Below are positions 37,819 to 52,527 of a stretch of DNA of 64,000 bases, in pieces. Below the pieces are notes generated by a model. It was given only the letters and a program-made list of their open reading frames with translations. It had not been told where the DNA came from and did no database searches. The stretch comes from Patellaria atrata CBS 101060. Lineage: Eukaryota. How positions within the stretch are numbered: position 1 is the stretch's first letter; every line of letters begins with the position of its first letter. Location: the NCBI GenBank assembly GCA_010093705.1, contig MU006102.1, forward strand, positions 252,123-316,122. Direction: 5' to 3'. Position numbers and translations under genes: made by a program.

Positions 37819-39033
37819 ATCGTCAGAATCCTCACTCGCGCTCGGTAACGGTTCGTAAATGATATTTAGATCTCGCCGAAGATAATCGCGTTGACGTTCT
37901 GTCTGGAGCTTTTCGGGCGTGAAGTGAGCGCAAAACTCCAAAAGTCGCTCACTGTACCGGGTGACTGTGGAAGTCAGGTTGGAAAGAAGGGAAAGAGATG
38001 AGGAGGTGGGGAACCCATTGCCCTTATGTTATAGTAGCGGTTGGAAAAAAGAATTTTAAGCTTGGCACCTGCGAAGGCGATGGTGTGGATTGGGGAAGGT
38101 CGACGATCGTGACGCCCTGCCAGTGGTGAACTAGGTTTCTTAGTGGGATGCTAATTCGGTTGATTGCAGGTTTCTATCATGACGATATATCATTTGTCAA
38201 CAACTTCATATCAGTTACTTACATCTGAAGATGATTAAGCTAAGAAGATGAAAAAGGATGAGAGTTTGTACTCCATAAAATCCTAAGATGAGATGAAGTT
38301 TCCCGGCATCAAGCCGTCCCGTTTAGGCGATCCCGATGGCGAGGCACATTTCCTCCGGAAGCTTGACATCCACGCTATCACCCCCCTGGCAGCCGTCCCG
38401 AGAACCACGATTCACACATTTATATCCGGCACCATCCCTGATCTTCAACCGATAACACGTTTCTGGCGTTTATTTATAACCCAAAACGTCTTTGTACGGG
38501 CTGAAACTAGATTGGCTACGATAAGACGATAATTGAATCGATTGAGCTAACTAATTTCACTAGATCAAGACAAAAAGCTGTCATATCGTAAGCCACAAAA
38601 GAGGTGGAGGGGGAGGGGGAAAGGGGGAGGGGGAAAAAGGGGGGGAACGGGGTTCTTGATTTGCCATCAAATGGTAAGAAACTTATTTGAAGCTGTTTTT
38701 TTTAGCGCTAGAAGTATTGTGCCCGAAACCTTGCTATGCTGTTTCCCTACCGGTAAAAGATATTATTGAACGAAATGAAAAATGCCACAAATGTTCAAGG
38801 GAGTGTGTAGGACGTAACCGATGCACCAACTCGAACCTAGTATGCTGTCTATCCCTATTCGATTTCCATTCATTACGCCTTAAGCTTCTTTTCCCCAAAA
38901 CCAAAACATCATACAGTCTAATGAGATTACAAACGCTGTCCACGCAAACTGTACAAAGGAGTGTTCTACGTTATGATTAACTCGAAACTTGCTATGAAGA
39001 GAGTGTGCTGGCTAGAAGAGAGATACGGATTTT

Positions 39034-39840
39034 TCAATGGGCAGCCACGGCTGTTGCACTCCTAGGACGCTTGCTGAACCAATTTCGCTTTCGCTTCTCT
39101 TCAACAGCTGCTACTGTCAATGGGGCTTGAATCGGGATAGGAGGTAAAGCAGTTGTGGGTGGAGGTGGTATTCCTGCCCTCATAACTGGTTTCTTGCTTG
39201 CAACGGAAGCTTTGAGCTCAATTGGGTCTGGTTTTACAATGTCAGTTAATGAAGTCGGATAGTAAGAATGCTTACGTACGAGATGAGCCACTGGAGTCGG
39301 TTGCATCTGAATCATTTGAGCTTCCTACGCTATCTTCTACGTCAAGTTAGAAAATACCGTACAAAAAAGCAGTGGTGCAGTACCTTCAGCTGGCGGCGCA
39401 GCACGAGTGGATAGGGGACTGTTGCCATGAACCATGGACGAGGCTGCGCTCTGCTGGTTGAGATACGAACGTCTATGGTGCCTCGAAGTGGAAGCATGCG
39501 GATTGTAGCTATACGGTGCAGCGTGGTAAACTGAAGCCCTGTGCATAACAGATGTGATCGAGAGGTCACTATTGTTGCGAGCGAGTCCATGAGTTGGCCT
39601 GGGAGCAATTGATATCTCACTATTGGCTCGAGACATCGTGCTCCTTCTTTTGTTCATGGCCATTATTCTTGCTTTGTTCTCTGCATTATTCCAACTGGCA
39701 GGAGCGGTAGCAAGAGCATCCTGAGCAGCGTGAGTGGGAATATGTTTATACGGGACTGGTTTCGGTTTGTCAGAAGGTTCTGTCTTCTTGTGCTCATCCG
39801 CCGCCTTCTTAGCTCCTTTGATCTTCGAGAAAATAGACAT
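39034..39840 (-). CDS. Fungal hypothetical protein (basic, Ser-rich), 3 exons
   Basis: MSIFSKIKGAKKAADEHKK...PYKHIPTHAAQDAL. Two GT-AG introns with branch points join the ORF pieces. Confidence 0.75.
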
Positions 39841-40195
39841 CGCTTATGGGGAAAAGATGGTTCAGTTGAATGAGATATTTGGGGCTGACAAGGAGGGTAG
39901 GCGTAAAGTGAGGGGTTGAAAGTGGAAGGGAGCGGGATGTCGCAGCTTATGGCGTAGGATTAATATCCATAAGGTTATATGGCCCAGACAATTGGTTTAT
40001 CAATTTCGTACCCGTATATAGGACAACGAGAGTGGGCCCAGGTTTTGATGATCAGCCTCTGAGCGATGGGAAGAGTAGGTTAGGAAAAGACCAGTGTTCC
40101 ACGGCACAACACGGTCGGTCTTAAAGAACAAGGTCGTAGCAGCCTGGTAATAGACTTATGCAAGTTCAAGGTTTAGGAGATAGGCGATACGGGAA

Positions 40196-40224
40196 GAAAT
40201 TGACGAAATTGACGAAATTGACGA
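40196..40224. repeat. Tandem repeat (GAAATTGAC) x3
   Basis: Seen directly. Confidence 0.85.
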
Positions 40225-43218
40225 GAGTACATGTACCAACCGATAACGAGTCCTTGAACTTCTGAAAACAAAGAGAAGCGACTGGTGAGACAGGAGTCTG
40301 AAAGTTTGACGACAGCACATAGGATCACAAGAAACAGTTGAATCGGAAACTTGAGATGCAGAAATGTGCACGAGTAAAAAGCAACTGATCACCATAAATC
40401 CAACTACAGTGTTGAAAACTTGGTAGCCTTTCTTTGTACTTTCCGGCGCACCGCGTGCTTACATGTGGTGCTGTCCACATCTCTGGTAACTTGATAGCAT
40501 TTCGCTAGGATCAGAATGCATGGTCGGAGGGAGAATGCAGATTATCAATGCTTGGATCATAGATAGAAGTTGATGTGGCTACAACGCCGCATTGCATGGC
40601 GCGCGACAACAATCGATTGACCAGCCGTTCGAGACACATGTATGCTTGGCGTGCCTATAGAACTATCACCATATGCAGTTGCCAGGTTCCTGGCTAGAGA
40701 ATTGGGAATCAGCTTCGCACCAAAAACAGAAGCTCTTCGAAGCCTGATTTCAGGGTGGCGGAACGAACTTGACCCCCACTCAACGAGGGGATTTCCTTAA
40801 TCGGCTGCTATCCATGTCCAATTCGATCCCAATTCGCAGCCTTTTCCTTAAACCCGCCTCGGGCTCAAACTGATCTGCATATTTCTAGCATTGCTCATCG
40901 ACATACCGTACTTCCTGTATAGCAGGTCAAAGAGCAAAACTGTTTCGGAACTTAAGGGAAGATCAGGGTAGTTCAAGCCGCCGGGAAAGGAGGTGTTGTC
41001 GTAGTACCGTCTTCAGATTTAAGATTAGAGAAGCATAGTATATGACCCAAGAGTTGCACCAATAAGACGAATTGCAATAGCTGTATGCGACCATTTGCGT
41101 ATATCATCTTCAGCTGATAGATGCGCAGCCCCCAAGCATAATTGATAAAGCCATCAGCGGGCCCCACAAGCACTTGATCCGTGAGCTAGAGAATCTGTAC
41201 CGACCCCTTTGGAGATGATCTTCTTTGTGAGATCAATAGACGCATTTGATGCGTCTCAAGTTTACTCAGCCCATCCTCATGCTCGTGCTTTTGCTCCGAT
41301 AGCTGCTTAGGGACGGATATTCGTGGCAATGTGACACAATGAAACTATTTGTCGACGCCCTTCGCTAATGGGAGTACGGCGGTATAGCCAAGGTCAGCTC
41401 ACGAGAGAAATTATCTTTCGGGCTCCTTGCGGGTGCAATGTTGCAAGTTGGATCAACACGTGTGTGCCCTTTATCAAAGCGAGATAGTACGTACCGCACT
41501 CCGTCCTGATGGTACTGTAGATTTTTTTTCTGTAAGCCTTTCCGAATCTGATGGATGCGATAACGATTTGATCTGCCTCAGGGCTTCCCTTAAGTAATTT
41601 ACCAACGATGGACGAAACTAGAAATTATAAATGCAGAGTTGGAACTACAAATGTGCGATGCGCCAATCTCTGCTTTCCCAGGCTTCCCCAGGAAGAGTTG
41701 GAAAAAGGACCACGACATAATGCCCCAACGTCCAGTTTCCGCAATGAAGTTGGGCGAAACGGTCCTAGATGAGAATTCCTCGGGTATGAAGTCAAGATCC
41801 TCACCAGGAGGAACTACCCTTCCCTTTCGCTGCATTCATCGCTTGATCGTGTCTGAAGTCTGTTATACAGGAAAAAGAATTACGCACGGCGCTCTCGAAG
41901 AATATGAACAAGCTAACAGTATCAATCTGCTACTGTAATTCTATCCTCTAAGATGTCTCTGGCAACTCTGTACAGGAAATCTATAAACGTATAGAGTGCC
42001 CTTAACCGTACGTACGGCTTGATCGTACAGTTAATCGAGATGATAATTTCTGCGGAAACAGTCGTCCCCCAACATTTGTTTAGCAAGCGTGAAAAAGTCG
42101 AAGAATGCCGGTTGTGACAGTAAGAAGGATATTTAGATAAGTTGTCATATTAGAGATGCCGTGAATGGCTTATCCAAGTTGGACTCCTAGAGTCAGACTC
42201 TTGATCGCAACTGGTATATAAAATCAAGACACTAACGAATAGGAATTAGACGATAGATAAATTGATCAAATTGGAAAAGACGAAAGTTTCTTACTGAATC
42301 GAGATCAATGTCAGCCATGATCTATAGTTCAGATAACAAGTTATTAGGCATACATAGATACTTGAGAATCTGAGTAGTTGTCCGCACACACACAGTGATG
42401 AGGTAGAAATGAAAAGAGGAGATCCTCCGACACTAGAAGCCAACTAGAAGTACAAGTGCCCCTTGTACGATGAGGCAAACTGCCCCTAGATGATGCTATG
42501 TCGTCAGTGGTCTCCAGGAGAATGGAGGAAGAAGAATAGTAGTATATGAGGCGAATGGGAAAAGCGAAGAGTCGCAAAAGATTTCCAGACGAGCCAAGAT
42601 CGACCTGCCTGGTGACGACAGCCATCAAGAGGGACTTTCACTCCAAAAAGCTTCAACCTTCGAAATTCCCCGTGTGCATCGGACGCCATCTGCTATCTTC
42701 TGCTCACGCGGCTATTGTATATTCACAAACTAGAAATAACCTCTTTTTTCGCTTGTCGTTGTCTCGAACCGCATTGACGCCTCAAGGCGGCATCTGCCTA
42801 CCTAGCTTTATCCACTAAGTTTTACTGTACAGATTCTTAGCCGCGCCCGCCCCTAAACACCGATCGCGGCATACCGATTTCTGCAAACACGACGCGCCAA
42901 ACGGTCGTCGATTCAACCTCAACGCGATACCCTACCTCATCAAGCCATCGGAAACAGTCGCCAGTGACACGAGGACTCTTTCACCCAAGGTGTATCGCAT
43001 GCGCCGAGCCCGGTCACAGTCTCGGGCCCCGATCTTCATATCACCTGCCTTTGCGCATGCCTAGCCAGCAGACCTTCGACCACTCTACGATTCCAACTTC
43101 TATCGATCATCATCTTCATCGGAAGATCGCGCGAGTCCAAACTCCCATCTTCCTCACTCCCGAGGGTTCGCTTCCGCAACCCAACCGGGAGTGACGGGGG
43201 TGCAAACCAGCTCCGATT

Positions 43219-46200
43219 ATGGCACTGGTTACGCCTCCATCAAACGAGCGAAAACGCGTAAAAGTATATGAGCTTAAGAGTAATGATTGGTATGACAGAG
43301 GGACGGGTTTTTGCACGGGGATAATACATAATGTTAGTTTGTTTGCTCTACACCACCTTACCGGAGCTTTTCATGAACTCGTCCGGGAAGCTATAGATAT
43401 AGTCCATGGTCGCGCAAATAGAGTCTATATAGAATTCAATTACTTACAATTGTATCATATAGGACGAAGCCCGTATTTTCGTAGAGTCTGAGGATGAGCC
43501 GATACGAGTTTTGCTGGAGACACGAGTGGCAAAGGAAAATGGGTATCAGAAGCAGCAAGGTACATTCAAGAATCATATGCGGGAGATGGATGTAACTAAA
43601 CTCACTTATAGATACGCTCATCGTATGGACGGAACGGAATACGGTCGATATGGCCCTGAGTTTCCAGGAGTCCGATGGCTGCGGCGCAATATGGTATGAG
43701 TCACTCTACGGTAAATTCTTCAGAACGGTATGGAAGTTAACATTGATATAGGGACTTCATAACAGAAGTGCAGCAGCGTATGTCGGGCTTAACAGGGCAA
43801 GGTTGGTGATCATGTTACCTAAGTTCTACAGCCCTCGAGCTGATCGCTGTGCAGATGATGGTCTATCAGACGACGTTATCGATTCTTTACATCCTATCAT
43901 ACTTCCCCCACCAGAGCTCGGAAATCTTCAGGATATTGAAAATGTTATGAGGGGAGCAAACAGCACTCCTGCTGGCCGCGATGCGCTTGCGAAGTATGCG
44001 GTCGAGGCGGACTATATCACAAAGCTGGTTCCTTTAGTGGAGATCGCCGAAGACCTGGAAAGTTTATCAGATTTGCATAGGTTATGCAACATCATGAAGA
44101 CACTCATCCTGCTCAACGACACCTCGATAATCGAGTTTGTGGTGACCGATGATGTGATCCTAGGGGTCGTCGGGGCGCTGGAATACGATCCCGATTTTCC
44201 TAGTCACAAGGCTAATCATCGTCAATATCTCTCTGATGAGTCAAGATTTAAGGAAGTGGTAAAAATAGACGATCCAAACATAAAGAAGAAGATTCATAAT
44301 ACCTACCGGTTACAGTATTTAAAGGACGTTGTTCTAGCTCGCATTCTGGACGATCCTACGTTTTCGGTCCTCAATTCTCTGATCTTCTTTAACCAGGTCG
44401 ACATTGTCTCGCATCTCCAGGCCAATGCTAATTTTCTGAAAGAGTTGTTTGGTATTGTGAATAGTCCCACAGCGGACACTCCACGAAAGAGGGACTCGGT
44501 CCTGTTCATACAGCAGTGCTGTGCAGTTGCGAAAGGCCTTCAAGCTGCAGCCCGGTCACAACTGTACCAGAACTTCATCAACGGGGGTCTTTTCCAAGTT
44601 GTAACATTCGCACTCCGTCACCCCGACCCTGCAGTCAGGGTAGCAGGAACTGACATTCTAGTATCTCTAATTGATCACGACGCATTGATGCTACGGACTC
44701 AAATCTTCAAGTCGATTAGCGAGAAGTCGAAACCCTTGACCGACACCTTAATTGACTTGTTGCTTGTCGAAGTAGATCTTGGAGTCAAGTCCCAATTAGC
44801 TGATGCTATCAAGGTCTTGCTTGACCCAATTCAAAACGGTCAGGCTGTTGAAAACTTGAGTCGCACCAACAGCGAGTTTTTAGCTAAGATGAGACAAAAC
44901 ATACAGACGACTGGTCAATCAGATTCTATCATACAGAACTTTTACGATGAGTCAGCGAAAAAGTTGTTCTCACCTTTGAAAGAGCTTGAAGGGAGAAAAG
45001 ATTGTAAGCACTAATACCGCAATATCAATTTTACGTGATACTAACTAAATTTAGTGACCGATCTCTCCGTTCAAGAAGTCTCGCTATACGTTCACCTCGT
45101 GGAAGTTTTGAGTTTCTTCGTCCGCTCACATTCATTTCGCAGTAAATTCTTCGTTATGTCAGAGGGATTGGCATCAAGAGTCGCACAGCTCATGTCGTCA
45201 TCTGAAAAATATTTGAAATTATGTAAGTCATCTCTAGCTCGTAACCTGAATGTGTTAGCTGTAGCGGAGGTCTCTAACAACAGATAGCGGCGTTAAAGTA
45301 TTTCCGGATTTGTATAGGCCTGCATGACGACTTCCATACCCAACAGATCATTCAAAATAAACTTTTCGGCCCGATCTTAGATCTGGTTTACGAGACGATG
45401 CCACGTGATAATCTGCTCAATTCTGCATGTTTGGAGTTATTTGAGTTTATCAGAAGAGTAGGGCACATCCCCTACCCCGTTTCATCCCTCAATACCAATA
45501 CTAAATTGATAACTTTAGGAGAGTAACCCCCCTGTAGTCAACCACCTCGTCGAAAACTACCGCGACCGCCTCTCAGGCATCACCTACGTCGACGTCTTCC
45601 ACTCCATCATAATCAAGTATGAAGAGCTCAAACGCGTCTCGAGCGAGAGCCCCGCCAGCACCTCTAAGGGCAACGGGGCCACCGTATCACCGCACCGCGC
45701 CGTCGTCAATGGCGGACGCTTCCAAGGTCTCAAAGACCTCGAACCGGACGAGGAGAGCTACTTTAACGGCTCTGACGACGAGGATGACGAGGCGGGAATC
45801 GAGGTTGGCGGGGCGAGTCCCCTGAAGCCGGTAGCTAACGGAGCGAGTCCAGTTAGACCGTTAGTCAGTTACACAGACGATGACGAGGAGGAGGTAGAGG
45901 GCATGGACGTCCTGTCTACCACAACCAACGCCCCCGTAACAAACCAGAACCAACAACATCCCGCCCCAGCTTCCGAGCACATCCTCCCCTCCCAGCCCGC
46001 ACCCTCTCCCGACCGCCTCTCCGAAAAACGCCGCAGGGACGAAGACGACGACGATGAGTTGGGTAAGCTCTCCAGTCACCCCAAACGCCGCACTTCGGCT
46101 AGCAGTCAGGGCAGCACTAGCGGCGGGGCGGTTCAGCAGCAACCGGCGCACGGCCACATGCTGAGGAGGAAGAAGAGCATTTCGTCCGGTAAAGACGGAG

Positions 46201-46292
46201 GCGGGAAAGACGGCCCGGAGAAAGGCGGGAAGAAAATCGCGATCAGCATGCCTGTTAAGATCGGCTCGGGGAAGGAAGACGGGGCTGAATGA
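43219..46292 (+). CDS. PSY2: PP4 regulatory subunit 3 (PSY2/SMEK), multi-exon
   Basis: EVH1-like RKRVKVYEL..NDWYDRGTGFC, GVVGALEYDPDFP, YRLQYLKDVVLAR and DNLLNSACLELFEFI. Confidence 0.94.
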
Positions 46293-46901
46293 TGAGAGAG
46301 CCGGCGTTGATGGATTCGGCGTTCTGCTGGTTTGCAGTAAGGGCTTAGACACTTGTCTAGGAGAGCGGAAGGAGGCGTTTGATGGGCTTCTAGCTTACTT
46401 TGCTTGGCTCATCTGTCTAAGTACTGCAGCGCTTTGTTTATATTTTCCGGCTGTCGACCTAGTTGAGACCAGGTGGCTTGGAAGAGGAGTAAAGGCGCGG
46501 TTGCAACATAATTAACAGCGTGAGCCTGCGAAGGTGGAGCGTGGTATAAAAGCTTAAGCCGTTGGAATATGTGATGTGCGTATGATTGCGTGAGATAGGA
46601 GATTTGGTTGTAAGACAACCTAATTTTTATTACCCGTCACTGCCGTTTATAAGCTGTTCCCGGACCGACGATAATCAATTCTCGCGTGCTTGGTGTATTG
46701 TGTGGTCCTTTTACCCTTTTTCTCATTTTTACAAGAATCAGCTATTCATGGGTTACAGCCGGTAGAGGATATTGTATTGTTGATTCATGATAGCCACGCC
46801 CTCGATTATTGATACTAATTAACATACTACATATTAGACTAATACTTTTTCCACCGCCATTCACCTGTCCACAACCCATCCAACCTCATTCCCACAGTTG
46901 C

Positions 46902-48286
46902 CTACTCTCTCTCAACCTCAACTATGACTCCCGCCCTCCTGATCCGGTCCACATACTGCTCTCCTAGCGTAACGGGCGTGAGGAGTCCGCCACCGAGCTC
47001 GTTTGCAAGGGTGCGCTGGCCACGGAGGATGACCATGGCTGCTTCGGCCATCAAGAGGCCGGTGAGCCAATAGATGCCGCTGTCATAGGAGAAGGAAGCT
47101 ATGGCACGATTTGAGTTGGCGGAGCTAGAGGGGAGGGAGGGGTGCCCAATTGCGCGCCAGCGGACTCGGTCGTTTTGCCATAATCTGTTCAAGTGGTTAG
47201 TTGATTGTTTGGAATGGGTGCAATGATGAAGGAATAGAGAAGCTGGATGAGAAAGGATCACAATGTGGGGGGATGTCTTCTCAATGCTATGAAGAGAAAA
47301 GAAATATATGAATATATTACTTACTCCTTCTCTGCGCCCTGGCCTGGTTGCGTGAGGCGCTTGCGGACTAGACGGTTAATTGGGGGGATAGCCAATAGGA
47401 CAAAACCGAAAGCCATGATGACGTTCCTTAGCAGTGCACCGAAGAAGGTTTTCGTGGATCCATGTTCTGAGAAGTGAAAGTCAGGACCGTAGAACTTGCC
47501 ACCATCCAAGAGGCCCCAGGAACGCCCGACTACGGCAACATCCACACCTGCGTTGACATAGATACCGAGCCATCCAAGTCCCGGTACATTTCGAATCCCA
47601 GTGAGTTTCGAGAGGAAGCTTTGGCCTTTAGTTGTCGTATTGGGAGGTGTGACTGGTGAGAGGCCAAAAAGACTTGTAGTCTTCTTAAGGTGAGAAAGGG
47701 GGTAGGCAGAGAAGATACCAAGAAGGGTTGCCAGAGTGCCACCACTGGGCTTGACTTTGATGTGGACACTGCAGTCGACATTGCTGAGGCCAGTGTTGAG
47801 GGTCTTGCGAAAATGGGAGGCTAAGAGGTAGGCAACCATATCTGATGGGACACTATCTAGACCACATTGAGGGATCATGATTGCCCTAGTTGACTTGGCT
47901 ATTTCATGAAATCTCTCTATCATGACTGCATGCCATGGTGATTCTCCAGTGCAGTCGATATAATGAGTGCCGTTCTTCGCACACGCCTCGATGACGGGTT
48001 CTCCGTACTGAAAGTAGGGACCGACAGTGGTGATAAGGAGCTTCGTCTTCTTTGCTAGCTGGTCCAAGTCTTCCTTGTTCAATTCGGCAATTTCGATACT
48101 TGGGGACTGTCGGTCAGGATTGATAGACTGGAGATCTTCGACAATTTTGGCCAACTTCTTCTCATTTCGTCCTGCGATAGCCCACTTAAGATCAGTAGGT
48201 AAGTTACGAGTTATGTACTCTGCCGTTAAGTGGCCTGTATATCCAGTCGCTCCTAGGAGAACCAGTTCATACTGTCGTGTTGCCAT
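46902..48286 (-). CDS. Saccharopine dehydrogenase-like oxidoreductase, 2 exons
   Basis: LLGATGYTG, WAIAGRN, TTVGPY..YGEPVIEAC, HYIDCTGE, CGLDSVPSD, SGGT and GGLLTPVTLG. Confidence 0.92.
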
Positions 48287-49973
48287 GCTGGATCGAGGAT
48301 GTCAGACCTAACGTATCAAACTAACTATCAAGAATCTCAAGTGTGAGGAAAATAAGAAAGAAGAAAAAGAAGGCGATTGATGGTCAATCTAACTCATCCT
48401 TTGCTGGTGTCCGGTTTTATTTGTAAAGTACCGAGGGTGTTCCTGATGGCGTAAGAACCCTCCGGTTGCATCAAGCCTTTGTAGAGTACATGATGTATCA
48501 CAAACACGAGAAGACATATTGTTACACTGGAAAGTCTACTGAAGAAGATACACACTCAATATCATGTGTATATAATGTTTTATGTCTTCACAGATTCTAA
48601 GGAAAGGCGGTGTTGAGGTAAGTTGAAGGTTTAGAACGCCTGAATTAGGTAAGCGCCATATGGAAGCGCTAACGCGATTGAGGGCAAGCGTACAATAAGC
48701 GAAAGAAGAGAGATTTCTCCGTTGTGTTTGACCCGATTCTCACACAACTTCCACATCATACAATATCTCGCCGACGCCTACGGGATATCGTATCATCAGC
48801 ATTGAATATCGCTGAGATCCATTTGTGTCAAGATCCGCTCTCCCATAGAGGTCTTGACTCAATAGAAATAGTTTCATAAACGGCTTGCTCCGCGCTCGCA
48901 ACGGCTCTACTTTGCTCCTAAGGTAAGGAATCATCGCTGTTGATTCTTATAAGACAGCATCGAGAATGCGAGAATCTCGGTATAACGAAGCACTTCGTAC
49001 CGGTGGAGATCGATGGATATCCCTCCGAACGAACGCAGAAGTAACTCATCCACTCGTCTTCACGTAAAGTCGCGTCTTGTTGACAACTCAACACCGGCAT
49101 GAGCATCGTCGACCCTACTTTATCATCTCTCATCCTCTTATCGATGGGTACCCCTGCCGCAATAGCTTAGATTACGAGTACAATGAATACAATATATATA
49201 GAACAATATGATGGGAGAGGATAAGACGTGTCTGGATCGATACCGTTCGAACCACCTCGCTTTTGGCTTCTCTCGTGCATACGTCTGTCCTATCGATATT
49301 CGGTTCGAATATAAATTTCATTATTGATGACTGGCCTCTTCCGGGTACCTGCGTATACCCGATCTCCTAGGCAAACAGGTCTCACGTGGTTTATAAGACT
49401 GTGTATCGTGCCTTAGAGCATCACCCGAGAATCCGGGTTCGAGACGTCAAGATAGGTTATTCCGGACGAAGCAATATAGTCTCCAAGATGTAAGCTTACG
49501 CGCCATTAGCTAATATGCAGCTATTTGAGTGGACAATGATATATTCTCGTACGGATATGCGCTTTCAAGGGAGAGCTTGGCGTGTTCGGCTTACTCCGCA
49601 TATGCACCAGCTGTGCCTGGTCCCCGGCCCGACTCAATGGGCTCCGATAACACATCAGAGCTCTCTTAGCAAGGAAAAAAGAGAATACATGTGTTCTTGA
49701 GTGAGTCAAATGATTTTCTTCTTTGAAATTTACCTAAAGTGACTGTCTTAAAGGTCCAAGGCTTTCTCTAGAGTCAGTCTATTCCTGTTGCTGCCTCCGC
49801 ACGTTGTTGGCTTTATGCAAGTGGGCGTTAGCGGCTTTCGCTTACCGCCTCCATAAATCTGTTTGGGACCCTCGGACCTCTTCCTCTACCTGTCACTCCT
49901 CCATTACAACCAAAGGTATCAATGAACCTTTTAGAACAGCCGCTCCCAAATACTCCAACACCGCTCTCTTTCC

Positions 49974-51990
49974 ATGGCCGACACCTGCATCGTCTGCCTC
50001 GGTGACCTTGCAAGTCATAATCTTCTCGAAGTACCTGAGTCTGTTGTCAAACTCGAGGGGCAACAAGATGGGGTAAACATTCACCCAGTTGATCCACCGG
50101 ATGATATCCTCGACCATCACCTCCAAGACCTTCGCAACACTCAAGCTACTGAAGGATTGGTAGCACACTTACTCCCTTGTGGCCACAACTTACACGACGA
50201 ATGCCTAAGGCCATGGGTAGAACGAGCGAACAGCTGTCCTATATGCAGAGCTAATTTCAACACTGTTGAACTCAGTGCCAAGATCGGAGGTAAGTACCGT
50301 ACTGGACATCGAGCTTTCACCCCTTCAGAGAAATTTTCTAACCATATTATTTACAGGTCCTATCCTGTCGTCTTATACCGTTCACGATAAACAACAAGTC
50401 GCGGATATCGACCCGTTTATGCATATAGATGACGTCGATGTTGACGATGACCTATTCGATGCTAACATACAACCATGCATGGTTTGTGAAGACTTTGGAG
50501 ATGAAAGTACTCTATTGCTCTGTGATGGATGTGACAGGTCTTGCCATACTGCTTGCGATGGACTTGCGGGCGTCCCTAGTGGTGCATGGTTCTGTCGCGA
50601 ATGCCACGAAGACGATCAAGTACGGACTGACGTTAGACGTGTCTCATCTCCTGCCAGGCAACGCACCGCTGCCGTACAAAACCGCCATGGTCCTCCAAGA
50701 GCACAACGGCACAATGCATGGGCGCGCGTATGGCAAACTGTGTGGAGCAGTCTACACCTGGATCTGGACTTTCCCTTCGATGACGAAGAACAACCTGATC
50801 AGCGTACAGATGCCGAACGACGAGAATTTCAGGAATGGCAACGTCGCTTTCAAGTAGCCGAGCGTCAAGGTGGTGCCAACCGGTTTAGAGACACTGCTGC
50901 TACTCTACTTGATCCGATTATGCAACGAACTCGCACGGGAACACCGAAACCCGAGTCTCAAGATGAACTGCGAGCATGGAACTTTATGGAGAAAGCAAGA
51001 GAGGCTAATGGCGACCCGTCCAGTAACAGAAGAAAGCGCAAATCTCCTACTTCTTCGCCCACAGAACCCCAACCCGAACCAGAGCGAAAGCTCAAGCGCC
51101 CACGAACCCGCCGAGCACCTGAACCTGTTGTCCCAGAAAATCATCCTGCAGAGTCATCTCGCTTACGGAATGGAAATGCCAACCCTCCGGCAAGGGAACA
51201 AGCGGAAGCACACGGTGGCCCGAGCTTTTTGAAGTCCCTTCTCCAAGAAGTGGAGCACTCTCCCGCAGCATCTGCAGACAATCCCGTTCACATTAACCAT
51301 CAACATCCACCAGCATATGCTGACCATACCTCACCACCTCGTATGTCCTCTCCAGAAGCTTCACCTGTAGCCTCCAACCGTCCCACATCTCGAGCGATAA
51401 CACCACCCCCACTTTCTTTGACCAGACAATCCTCGCCGGTACCAATGCCAATCCCCCTTACCTCCATTGTTTCTCCCATATATCCTCGAGTAGGTGAATA
51501 TACGCCATACTCACCTGGTGATGAAAGCTATGATGACCGTCGCACTCGTCGGAAGCGTCGCAACACACAGCATTCTCCCGACACAAGCCCTCATCGATCC
51601 AGCGATGGTTCGCCAACACGTGCAAACATGTCGTATACCACCAAGAAAGAAATTCAACGTATGGTCAGTGTCGCTCTCAAGCCATATTATGCAAAGCAAG
51701 AAATCACAAAAGACGAGTATACAGACATCAACAGGGACGTGTCGAGGATGATGTATGATAAGATAGGTGATGCATCCGGCCTTGCAGACCACAAGACAAG
51801 GGAACGTTGGCAAACCGTCGTAAACGATGAAGTAGAACAGGCTGTCAAAGTAGTGAAGGCAGACTCTGCTTTGGGTTACCGTGTCGATGCCAGCAAAGCG
51901 AATTATGAGCCTATTGAGCCTAGCAGAACACCAACCATCATGACTCTCCCTACTCATCCTTCCATCGCTCAACCTCATCCAGCTTCTTAA
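49974..51990 (+). CDS. RING + PHD finger protein with C-terminal SRI-like domain (Asr1/PHRF1-like), 2 exons
   Basis: CIVC...PCGHNLHDECLRPWVERANSCPICR, PHD CMVC..LLLCDGCDRSCHTAC..WFCREC and V..ALKPYY....ITKDEYTDI. Confidence 0.9.
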
Positions 51991-52527
51991 TATCACAACC
52001 CTTAGTGGGGCTCATAGAATGCTTTTCTCATACCGGCGACAATGCTTAGCACAAGGCGTACAACAACAATCGGAACAATGTGCCGGCGCATATTGGATGA
52101 ACAGGTAGATACCCAATGACATGGTAAGGTATGGAGTTCGCTTAGGGTTTTTCCTTCTACTCTCATGTGATGGTTTAAAAATGACGGAATGTATTTATTG
52201 TGTTTTTATGACCGGCGAATGCCATAGTAGTTGGAAATGATCTTACGGGCAGGACTCCTAGCGCGTCGCAATTTACGGGATATTTCGAAGAGGCGATATG
52301 ATGGTAATCTAGACCGGAAAATGTCAACCCGGAATTTTATCTGTTATATGGGGATTTGGCATTGGAACAACTTCGGTGTATATCCATACCGTGGGGTGTC
52401 CACGCCTCGATATCCTAGATCTACAAAGAGAGATTCTGATGCAATCTTTTCGAACTAGTTGTGACCATCTACTGCAAGAACCCTATGACCCATCATCAGG
52501 AAACCCACGAACCATCCTTCACACCTA

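Noticed and set aside
49378..49452. tRNA-like sequence around GGTTCGAG
   Set aside because: The T-stem and acceptor stem do not pair, so no cloverleaf forms.
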